From Anaeramoeba ignava BMAN (taxonomy: Eukaryota > Protista > Anaeramoebae): DNA of 64,000 nt. Both the position numbers and the translations under genes were made by a program. The notes under the pieces were generated by a model. It had not been told where the DNA came from. It ran no database searches and was given only the letters and a program-made list of their open reading frames with translations. Below, piece by piece: positions 50,324 through 60,557 of the stretch (its first letter is position 1; each line of letters starts with the position of its first letter). Location of the stretch: contig JAPDFW010000073.1 in the NCBI GenBank assembly GCA_028826165.1, positions 186,001 to 250,000 of the forward strand, in the 5' to 3' direction.

Positions 50324-53300
50324 ATGTTAAGAATTGCAACAGATGTTGGGGGTACATTCACAGACTTGGTTTCATTTGATGAAGAAACCAATAAAGTAAC
50401 TGTATCCAAAAGCAGTACAACACCAAAAAATTTCGCACTTGGAATTATGGACACAATAAATAAAGCAAAATTAGAAATCCAAAACACAAACTATTTTGTA
50501 CATGGATCAACCATTTTCATCAATGCTTTATGTGAAAGAAAAGGAGCCAAAACAGGACTTATAACAACAAAAGGTTTTCGAGATGTACTTGAAATTGGAC
50601 GAGCAAACAGACCTGATCTTTATAACATGTTCTACAAAAAACCAACTCCATTTGTATCAAGATTCTTGAGACTCGAAGTTACAGAAAGAGTGGATTTTCA
50701 AGGAAACCTTTTGGAAAAACTTGATGAAACTGAACTGGCAAAATCAATTGAAATTTTCCAAAAACATAACGTGCAGGCAGTTGCCGTTTGTTTTTTGAAC
50801 TCTTTTTTGAATCCAGAAAATGAGATTGTTTGCGGGAAATTACTCCGCGAAAAGTTGCAAAATGTCCCTATTACGTTGTCTCATGAACTAACCAACGAAT
50901 GGAGAGAATATGAAAGAACAAGCACAACAGTTCTCAACTCTTATGTATGTCCAATTGCCCATCATTACTTGCGATCTTTGGAAGAAGAGCTTCTGAAAAA
51001 GGGGATGCCAGATAAAGTTGCGCACATTATGCAATCCAACGGAGGAACTTGTTCTTTTGATCACGGAAAACAGAAGCCAATAAATTCAGTTGAATCTGGA
51101 CCAGTTGCAGGAGTAATTGCGAGTTCAATAATCGGTCAGTTAATCGGAGAGGAGAACGTGATGTCGCTCGATATCGGAGGAACAACCGTGAAATGCTCGT
51201 TGATTGAGAATGGAATCCCGAAGATAACGACTGATTATCGACTTAGAGGAGAAGAAGAAGTTTCTGCCGGATATCCAATAAAAGTTCCTACTATTGATAT
51301 TGTTGAGCTTGGTTCGGGAGGCGGTTCTATTGCATGGTTGGATCAGGCAAATGCGCTCCATGTTGGTCCTATTTCTGCAGGTGCTGAGCCTGGTCCTTCT
51401 TGTTATGGTCTTGGTGGTGATAAACCCACAGTTACAGATGCTAATGTTTTGACAGGCAGAATAAATCCAAAATATTTTTCAGGTGGGAATTTGCAAATTT
51501 TTCCCGAAAAGTCAAAAAAAGCAATTGAAACTTTAAAGACACGTTTTTCGGAAATGAGCGCAGATGAGATTGCAATGGGAATGATTAAAATCGCAGATTC
51601 AAACATGGTCAATGCAATCAAGCTTGTTTCTGTTCGAAGAGGATATGATCCGCGCAAATTTGTTGTTATTGCATTTGGCGGCGGAGGTCCAATGCATGCA
51701 GCAGCACTTGCACGCCAATTAAAAGTGAAGAAAATCATCATTCCAAACGATCCAGGAGTGTTCTCAGCATGGGGAATGATTATGACTGGTTCGAGACAAG
51801 ATTACATCCGAACTTGGGTCAGAAGAACGGATCAAGTAACGTTAGAAGAAGTGAACCAGCAAATGGATCAAATGGAAAAACAAGCGATAACGGAACTTCT
51901 TGATCAACAGAAACATCGTGAGAAAAAAGACGAGATCTTGATTCAACGTTGGGCTGACATGCGCTATCTTGGACAGGAACACACAGCAAAGGTCTCCATT
52001 CCGTTGGGAAAACTCGACCAAGAATCCATCAAGCTTATCAACACAAGATTTCATGCTGTTCATGAAAGTCTTTATTCATACAAACTTGACGAATCCAATC
52101 CGATCGAGTTTGTTAATTTGCATTTAACTGGATATGTCAAAAGAGTTCCCAAATTAAGCGAACTTGATAATAACGGAAAAAGTCTCGAAAAGGCATATAA
52201 AGGAGAACGTGAAGTCCGTTTTGATCCTGAAGGTGTTTTGAAAGCAAAAATCTATGAACGAGGCTTTTTACCTTCTCAAACAAAGATTGAAGGTCCAGCA
52301 GTGATTGAAGAACCTACTTCAACAACCGTTGTTTTTCCCAACCAAGAGCTTTTTGTCGACCGTTATGGGTTTCTTCACATCTCAGAAAAAGATATTGAGA
52401 AAGTCGAACAAAATTCCCAAATCCAATTGAAACTTTCCAAATCAGTCGATCCCTTTACTGCAGAGATTATCAAGGACAATTTGATTGCCATCTCAGACGA
52501 AATGTTCATCAACATGCAGCGTACAAGCATGAGTCCGATTATTTACGAGGTTCTGGATTTCGCGTGTGGTATTCTCGATCCAAGAGGAAGGATCATTTCT
52601 CAAGGAAACGGTGTGTCTGGATTTCTCGGCACGCTTACTGCAGCAGTTAAGACTGTGATTGATAAGTTTGGTCCTGAAAAACTTGATGAAGGCGATATCA
52701 TTATCACCAATGATCCGTACACAGGTGGAGGCACGCATCTCTCCGATGTTTGTTTAGTTTATCCCATTTTTTATCCCGATCCAGAAAATCCCGAACGCAA
52801 AAAAATCGTTGCTTTTTCCGCAAATAAAGCACATTGGACAGAGGTTGGAGGAGCAAATGCAGGAAGTTGGAGTACAGACACAACAGATATATACCAGGAA
52901 GGGCTCCAGTTCCCGTGTATCAAGATCTTCAAAAAGGGAGTTGTGATCGACTCTCTTGTGGATCTCATTTCCGCAAATGTCCGCACACCCAAAATGTCAA
53001 TTGCAGACATGTATTCCCAGATTGGCTCAATCAGAATGGCAGGTGTTCGTTTCTGTGAGATGTGTTCTAAGTTCAGTCTTGAAGCAGTGGAAACCGCCGT
53101 AGAAGGATTCATGAAATATGGTGAGAAAATGACAAAATTCGCACTGGCAAATCTTCCAAAAAAAACGTTTGAAGCAGTTGAATTTATTGATGATGATGGA
53201 ATAGATCCTGATCCTATAAAAGTGCAAGTGAAAGTGACTATCAAAGATGATGAGTTTATATGCGATTTCACAGGTTCAAGTTTACAAGTAAAAGGACCAG

Positions 53301-54226
53301 TGAATTGTTCATATACAGCATTAGAAGCAGGAGCACGACTGATACTGAAAGCAATAACAGATCCTCGTGTTCCTGCTAATGAGGGATGTTTTGCACCATT
53401 AAGAATCATTTGCCCTCGTAAAACAATTTTCACTTGTGAAAAACCTGCCCCCGTATCAACCTATTGGGAAACTATGATGTATGCTTCAGATCTTATTTGG
53501 AAAGCACTTGCCCCCGTGATTCCCGAAAGACTTCCTTCAGGACATTTTCTTTCTGTGTGTGGAATTGTTCTTGCAGGTTTGCATCCTGTCACCAACGAGC
53601 TTTCTCTTCTTGTCGAGCCTCAAGCTGGTGGTTGGGGAGGCGGACTTGGAAAAGATGGTGAAAGTGGAATGGTTTGCATTGGTGATGGCGAGACTTATGT
53701 GATTCCTGTTGAGATTGCCGAGAACCGCTACGGAATCCGTTTGGGACAACTTTCCCTCGATATTCGTGATACTGGAGAAGGTTGTGGTCAGTTTAGAGGT
53801 GGTCGTGGTGTTGTGAGAGAGTACATTATCACCTCCGAAGAGGTTTGGTTCACTTCCACTTTTGGTCGAAATAAATTCCCTCCTTGGTCTGTTAATGGGG
53901 GCAATAAAGGAAGTCCAAATTATGTTCGTATTTGCTATTCGGATGGCAAAACTGTTGAGATTGGAAAAACTGCAAGACTTCATCTCAAAAAAGGTGATAA
54001 GATCCAATTAATTACTGGAACTGGTGCCGCTTATGGTCATCCCTTCCTTAGAAGTGTTGAAAGTGTTGAAAAGGATGTTTTGAATGAGTATATCACTGTG
54101 AAATCTGCTGAAAGAGATTTTGGTATTAAAATTGATCCTGTTACTCTCAAAATGAGTGAGATTACACAAGAAAGAATCAAGTTTATTGAAGAAAACAAAT
54201 CAAATGATGAAAAAGAGAAGAAATGA
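50324..54226 (+). CDS. Fused hydantoinase/5-oxoprolinase A+B (N-methylhydantoinase-like), 1,300 aa, intronless
   Basis: TDVGGTFTD, HGST, TTKGFRDVLEI, ESGPVAG, DIGGTT, GSGGGSIA, AFGGGGPMHA; B half VDPFTAEII, NDPYTGGGTHLSD, HWTEVGG, QEGL, FRGGRG. Confidence 0.95.
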   Translation: MLRIATDVGGTFTDLVSFDEETNKVTVSKSSTTPKNFALGIMDTINKAKLEIQNTNYFVHGSTIFINALCERKGAKTGLITTKGFRDVLEIGRANRPDLYNMFYKKPTPFVSRFLRLEVTERVDFQGNLLEKLDETELAKSIEIFQKHNVQAVAVCFLNSFLNPENEIVCGKLLREKLQNVPITLSHELTNEWREYERTSTTVLNSYVCPIAHHYLRSLEEELLKKGMPDKVAHIMQSNGGTCSFDHGKQKPINSVESGPVAGVIASSIIGQLIGEENVMSLDIGGTTVKCSLIENGIPKITTDYRLRGEEEVSAGYPIKVPTIDIVELGSGGGSIAWLDQANALHVGPISAGAEPGPSCYGLGGDKPTVTDANVLTGRINPKYFSGGNLQIFPEKSKKAIETLKTRFSEMSADEIAMGMIKIADSNMVNAIKLVSVRRGYDPRKFVVIAFGGGGPMHAAALARQLKVKKIIIPNDPGVFSAWGMIMTGSRQDYIRTWVRRTDQVTLEEVNQQMDQMEKQAITELLDQQKHREKKDEILIQRWADMRYLGQEHTAKVSIPLGKLDQESIKLINTRFHAVHESLYSYKLDESNPIEFVNLHLTGYVKRVPKLSELDNNGKSLEKAYKGEREVRFDPEGVLKAKIYERGFLPSQTKIEGPAVIEEPTSTTVVFPNQELFVDRYGFLHISEKDIEKVEQNSQIQLKLSKSVDPFTAEIIKDNLIAISDEMFINMQRTSMSPIIYEVLDFACGILDPRGRIISQGNGVSGFLGTLTAAVKTVIDKFGPEKLDEGDIIITNDPYTGGGTHLSDVCLVYPIFYPDPENPERKKIVAFSANKAHWTEVGGANAGSWSTDTTDIYQEGLQFPCIKIFKKGVVIDSLVDLISANVRTPKMSIADMYSQIGSIRMAGVRFCEMCSKFSLEAVETAVEGFMKYGEKMTKFALANLPKKTFEAVEFIDDDGIDPDPIKVQVKVTIKDDEFICDFTGSSLQVKGPVNCSYTALEAGARLILKAITDPRVPANEGCFAPLRIICPRKTIFTCEKPAPVSTYWETMMYASDLIWKALAPVIPERLPSGHFLSVCGIVLAGLHPVTNELSLLVEPQAGGWGGGLGKDGESGMVCIGDGETYVIPVEIAENRYGIRLGQLSLDIRDTGEGCGQFRGGRGVVREYIITSEEVWFTSTFGRNKFPPWSVNGGNKGSPNYVRICYSDGKTVEIGKTARLHLKKGDKIQLITGTGAAYGHPFLRSVESVEKDVLNEYITVKSAERDFGIKIDPVTLKMSEITQERIKFIEENKSNDEKEKK

Positions 54227-54400
54227 TTTTATTTAAATCAAATGATAAAAAAGAGAAAGAAATGATTTTAAATCAAATAATGAAAAAGAAAAGAAATGAT
54301 TTTAAATCAAATGATAAAAAAGAGAAAGAAATGATTTTAAATCAAATAATGAAAAAGAGAAAGAAATGATTTTAAATCAAATAATGAAAAAGAAAAGATT
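54197..54400 (+). repeat. ~33-38 bp direct repeat (AAATCAAATGATAAAAAAGAGAAAGAAATGATTTT), ~6 copies, beginning in the last codons of the hydantoinase gene
   Basis: Direct reading. Confidence 0.88.
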
Positions 54401-54474
54401 CATTCCCTTTTTCCTTTTTTCTTTTTCTTTCAATTTTATTTTTTTTTTCAAACAAAAAAAAATAAACAAAATTT

Positions 54475-56685
54475 TCAATTCTTTAAATCATCAATTCCAA
54501 TTATTTCACAAATTGTTTCATTAATTTTTTTTTGTTCCCAAAATAATTCAATTAAATTTGTTGAATATTTTTTTTCTTTTATATTAAAAGAATTTTGCCA
54601 AAGTTTTTCCAATTCTTGAATTTGATTTTGTGATTTTTGTTGTTGAATATTGAATTTTTCAATTAAATTTGAGATGATTTTGTTTCGAGTAGAAATTTCA
54701 TTTTTGAAAATTTGATGAAGTTCATTGAGTTTTTTTATCAAAGAAATTTGAGATTCAAGATTTTGTGAAAAAGTTGCATCTGTTTTGATTTCACTGAGTT
54801 TATTTTCAAATAACATTTCATTATCCTCTTCAAAATCTAATGCCATAAGAAAATTTGGAGATTTTTCACCTGAAGAAGTTGTAGATTTTGATTCACTTTC
54901 TAAATTCAATCCAAGTGAATTTCTCCTTTCTTCTTCTTCTTTTGTTTGTGTGTCTTGACTTGTTTGTTGAACGAATTCTGGATCAATTCTGTACAGAGAA
55001 GGATCTACTTTAGGTGGATCTGATAAGCGATGTTTTAAAGGATTTGGAATTGGTTTTGCAACACATTGAACTGCTATTTTTCCTTTTAAATTGATTATTG
55101 TGAGATATCCATGAATCCAAACATCTTTTCCTTTTGTGTCTTTATGGAGCCAAAAGAGATCATGAGTTCCATCTGGACTTCTGTTATTATTTTAATTTTA
55201 ATTTTAATTTTAATTTTAATTTTAATTTTAATTTTAATTATGATTTTAATTATGATTTTAATTTTAATTTTAATTTTAAATCGAAATTTTGATCAAAAAT
55301 TAGTTGCGAATTTTGTTGTTAAATTGATTATGATTATTATTTAATTTAATTTAATTTAATTTAATTTGATTATGATTATGATTTGATTTACTTGCGAAAT
55401 TTGTTAAATTGATTATGATTATTATTTAATTTAATTTAATTTAATTTAATTTGATTTAATTTGATTTGATTATGATTTGATTTACTTGCGAAATTTGTTA
55501 AATTGATTATGATTATTATTTAATTTAATTTAATTTAATTTGATTATGATTATGATTTGATTATGATTTAATTGATTTTAATTTCGAATGACGAATTTTG
55601 CTTTTAAATTGATTTTAATTTAATTAAAATAGAATTAAATAGAATTGCGAATTTTGCTTTTAATTTTAATTTTAATTTTAATTTTAATTTGAATTTGAAT
55701 TTGAATTTGAATTTGAATTTTTAATTTTAAATCGAAATTTTGATCAAAAATTAGTTGCGAATTTTGTTGTTAAATTGATTATGATTATTATTTAATTTAA
55801 TTTGATTTAATTTGATTTGATTATGATTATGATTTGATTTACTTGCGAAATTTGTTAAATTGATTATGATTATTATTTAATTTAATTTATTTTAATTTGA
55901 TTTACTTTAATTTGATTTGATTTGATTATGATTTGATTATGATTTGATTTACTTGCGAAATTTGTTAAATTAATTATGATTATTATTTAATTTAATTTAA
56001 TTTAATTTAATTTTAATTTTAATTTGAATTTGAATTTGAATTGAAATAGAATTAAATAGAATTTAAATAGAATTAAATTAAATTAAAATAGAATTAAAAT
56101 AGAATTAAATAAAATTGCGAATTTTGCTTTTAAATTGATTTTAAATTAATTAAATTTTTTGCTTTTGAAAAGGGGATTTAATTTAATTATATTTTTAATT
56201 TATATTTGAAATAATATTTGAAATTGTATTTTATTATTGATTTTAATATTTATTGTAAATTTAATTTTAATTCTGATTTTAGTTATGATGACTTTTTAAA
56301 TTTAAAAATTATTAATTAAAAAATGCTTTTAAGATCAAACACAGATTTAACAAAAAAAAATATTATTAAAAAAAAAATTTTTTTTTTATTTATATTTTAA
56401 TTAATATTTTTACTGTAAAGTTTTTGCAATTACTTGTTGAGCAGCTTCTCTACTTGATTTATTAAATTGAGGTTGAAAATCAGGAGAAAAATTCGGATCC
56501 ATTTGTTTATTTAATAAATCAAGTCTACTTGTTAAACCTAACATTTTAGCAAAAAGATCATTTGCTTCAATACAAAAATCATTTTCATCAACAACAACTA
56601 TTGGTTCAGGTGCTTCTCGAATGGTTTGAAAATAATGTTTAATTTTACTTTTTTTTATTACTTTTTTTGATTTCGCATTTCCCAT
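54475..56685 (-). CDS. N-myristoylated PAS-domain protein with C-terminal coiled coil; exons 56685-56414, 55180-54475; ~325 aa
   Basis: MGNAKS; APEPIVVVDE..IEAN..FAKMLG; SPDFQP; after splicing LFWLHKDTKGKDVWIHGYLTII; total 978 nt in frame. Confidence 0.82.
55185..56150. repeat. Complex nested repeats in the PAS gene intron (TTACTTGCGAAATTTGTTAAATTGATTATG units; a block near 55275 duplicated near 55726)
   Basis: Direct reading. Confidence 0.85.
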
Positions 56686-57039
56686 TTTTGTTTTTTTTGA
56701 AAAAAGTCGATCTGAATAAAATTGGATTTAAAAATAATAGCAAATAAAATTAAAGTTTAAAAATAAAAAAATAAAAAAATAAAAAAATGATTTTTTAGAT
56801 GAAGTTGAAAAAAAAAAAAATTCAAAAAGCAAAAAAAAAAAGAAAGAAAAAAAAAGAAAAAAAATTTTGACTTTTTAACACTTCAAAACAAAAAAAAATT
56901 TTTCAATTAAATTAAAAAAAAGTCAAACAATAAAACTACCCCCAAAAAAAAAATTAAAAACAAATCAAAATTTAATATAATATTTTTATTGACTTATTTA
57001 ATTTTATTTTTTAATTAAAATTTTTTTGGATCGGAATTT

Positions 57040-59990
57040 TTGAATAAATTTTTTATTAATTATTTTAAATACTTTTGAATTAATATTTAATTATAAAATT
57101 TATTTATTTATTATTTATAATAATTTTATTAATTTATTTATATTTATTATTATTAATTTATTTAATTATTTTTTAATTAAAATATTTAATCAATTTTTTA
57201 TTAATTATTTTAAATAGGTTTGAATTAATATTTAATTATAAAATTTAATTATTTATTATTTATAATGATTTTATTAATTTATTTTATATTTATTATTATT
57301 ATTTTATTTTATTAAAAATTTTTATTAATATTTAATCAATTTCTTATTAAATAATTTGAATACTTTTTGAATTAATATTTAATTATAAAATTTATTTATT
57401 TATTATTTATAATAATTTTATTAATTTATTTATATTTATTATTATTAATTTATTTTTATTGATTTTTAATTAAAATATTTAATCAATTTTTATTAAATAT
57501 TTTAAATAAGTTTGAATTAATATTTAATTATAAAATTTATTTACTTATTATTTATAATAATTTTATTAATTTATTTATATTTATTATTATTAATTTATTT
57601 TATTAATTTTTAATTAAAATATTTAGTCAATTTTTATCAAATATTTTGAATATGTTTGAATTAATATTTAATTATAAAATTTAATTATTTATTATTTATA
57701 ATAATTTTATTAATTTATTTTATTTATTATTATTAATTTATTTTATTAAAAATTTGGATTAATATTTAGTCAATTTTTTATTAATTAATTTAAATAGGTT
57801 TGAATTAATATTTAATTATAAAATTTATTTATTTATTATTTATAATAATTTTATTAATTTATTTATATTTATTATTATTAATTTATTTTATTATTTTTAA
57901 TTAAAACATTTAATCAATTTTTATTAATTATTTTAAATACTTTTGAATTAATATTTAATTATAAATTTTATTTATTTATTATTTATAATAATTTTATTAA
58001 TTTATTTAAATTTATTATTATTAATTTTTATTAAAAATTTGTATTAATATTTAGTCAATTTTTATTAATTAATTTGAATAGGTTTGAATTAATATTTAAT
58101 TATAAAATTTATTTTTTTATTATTTATAATAATTTTATTAATTTATTTATATTTATTATTATTATTTTATTTTATTAAAAATTTGTATTAATATTTAGTC
58201 AATTTTTATTAATTATTTTAAATAGGTTTGAATTAATATTTAATTATAAAATTTAATTATTTATTATTTATAATAATTTTATTAATTTATTTATATTTAT
58301 TATTATTAATTTATTTTATTAAAAATTTGTATTAATATTTAGTCAATTTTTATTAAATATTTTGAATACTTTTGAATTAATATTTAATTATAAAATTTAA
58401 TTACTTATTATTTATAATAATTTTATTAATTTATTTATATTTATTATTATTAATTTTTTAATTATTTTTTAATTAAAATATTTAGTCAATTTTTATTAAT
58501 TAATTTAAATATGTTTGAATTAATATTTAATTATAAAATTTATTTATTTATTATTTATAATAATTTTATTAATTTATTTATATTTATTATTATTAATTTA
58601 TAAATTATTTTTAATTAAAATATTTAATCAATTTTTTATTAATTAATTTAAATAGGTTTGAATTAATATTTAATTATAAAATTTATTTATTTATTATTTA
58701 TAATAATTTTATTAATTTATTTATATTTATTATTATTAATTTATTTAATTATTTTTAATTAAAATATTTAATCAATTTTTATTAAATATTTTTGAATAAG
58801 TTTGAATTAATATTTAATTATAAAATTTAATTATTTATTATTTATAATAATTTTATTAATTTATTTATATTTATTATTATTAATTTATTTTATTAAAAAT
58901 TTGTATTAATATTTAGTCAATTTTTTATTAATTAATTTGAATAGGTTTGAATTAATATTTAATTATAAAATTTAATTATTTATTATTTATAATAATTTTA
59001 TTAATTTATTTATATTTATTATTATTAATTTATAAATTATTTTTAATTAAAATATTTAGTCAATTTTTATTAAATATTTTAAATAAGTTTGAATTAATAT
59101 TTAATTATAGAATTTAATTACTTATTATTTATAATAATTTTATTAATTTATTTATATTTATTATTATTATTTTATTTTATTAAAAATTTGTATTAATATT
59201 TAATCAATTTCTTATTAAATAATTTGAATACTTTTGAATTAATATTTAATTATAAAATTTATTTATTTATTATTTATAATAATTTTATTAATTTATTTAT
59301 ATTTATTATTATTAATTTATTTTATTAATTTTTAATTAAAATATTTAATCAATTTTTATCAAATATTTTAAATAAGTTTGAATTAATATTTAATTATAAA
59401 ATTTAATTATTTATTATTTATAATAATTTTATTAATTTATTTATATTTATTATTATTATTTTATTTTATTATTTTTAATTAAAATATTTAGTCAATTTTT
59501 ATCAAATATTTTGAATATGTTTGAATTAATATTTAATTATAAAATTTAATTATTTATTATTTATAATAATTTTATTAATTTATTTATATTTATTATTATT
59601 AATTTATTTTATTATTTTTAATTAAAATATTTAGTCAATTTTTATCAAATAATTTGAATAGGTTTGAATTAATATTTAATTATAAAATTTAATTACTTAT
59701 TATTTATAATAATTTTATTAATTTATTTATATTTATTATTATTAATTTATTTTATTATTTTTAATTAAAATATTTAGTCAATTTTTATTAATTAATTTGA
59801 ATAGGTTTGAATTAATATTTAATTATAAAATTTAATTACTTATTATTTATAATAATTTTATTAATTTATTTATATTTATTATTATTAATTTATTTTATTA
59901 AAAATTTGTATTAACATTTAATCAATTTTTTATTAAATATTTTAAATAAGTTTGAATTAATATTTAATTATAAAATTTATTTATTTATAT
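57040..59990. repeat. ~144-bp AT-rich satellite, ~21 copies
   Basis: Anchor TTTGAATTAATATTTAATTATAAAATTT at 57074, 57219, 57366, 57511, 57655 ... 59951. Confidence 0.95.
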
Positions 59991-60030
59991 TTAGTTATTA
60001 TTATTATTTTATAAATTAAAAATTACCGTT

Positions 60031-60172
60031 AAAAAAATTAATAAAAAAATTAATAAAAAAATTAATAAAAAAATTAATAAAAAAATTAATAAAAAAATTA
60101 ATAAAAAAATTAATAAAAAAATTAATAAAAAAATTAATAAAAAAATTAATAAAAAAATTAATAAAAAAATTA
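60031..60172. repeat. Perfect 12-bp repeat (AAAAAAATTAAT)n, ~12 copies
   Basis: Direct reading. Confidence 0.95.
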
Positions 60173-60215
60173 AATTTCATTTTTTTTTTTTCATTGTTTT
60201 TGTTTTGATTAAATA

Positions 60216-60404
60216 ATGGATCAATTTACTGAAGAAGAATTAAATTTAACCGTTGAAGAATTTTTAAAAAGAAAATGTGATTTAGAAATTCAAAAAGTTA
60301 AAAAACATACAGAAGAATTAATCCAAAAATTTAAACAACAAACAGAAGAATTTAAAAAACAATTATTTGAAAATCAACAACAACTTTGTTTAAATCAAGT
60401 TTAA
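60216..60404 (+). CDS. 62-aa helix-only protein resembling the Survivin/Bir1/BORI C-terminal CPC helix
   Basis: EEELNLTVEEFL..KC..EI.K.K.H.EELI.KF pattern, recalled as similar to fungal Bir1 MTVEEWI..A..AE.KL..ECER.V..FE. Confidence 0.65.
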   Translation: MDQFTEEELNLTVEEFLKRKCDLEIQKVKKHTEELIQKFKQQTEEFKKQLFENQQQLCLNQV

Positions 60405-60557
60405 AAATTGAAAATTAAAATTGAAAAATTTTGTTCTTCTTTTTTTTTTCTTTTTTTATTTTTTGTTTGATTTAGGGAAAAAATTTTTTAAATAATAATA
60501 ATAATAAAAAATAATTCCATTTTAAATAATTAAAAATCTTTTTTATCAATTTGATTT

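Noticed and set aside
51140-54007. Antisense and alternate-frame ORFs over long genes (also 18527-19072, 29117-29911, 62323-63069)
   Set aside because: Shadow ORFs of real CDS with no independent motifs
50324-54226. Possible intein or bacterial contaminant
   Set aside because: Length fits the A plus B halves with no insertion or Hint motifs seen; flanks are host-type AT-rich repeats and intron-containing genes
56270-56345. ATGATGA box-C-like motif suggesting an intronic snoRNA
   Set aside because: Antisense to the host transcript and no downstream box D or terminal stem seen
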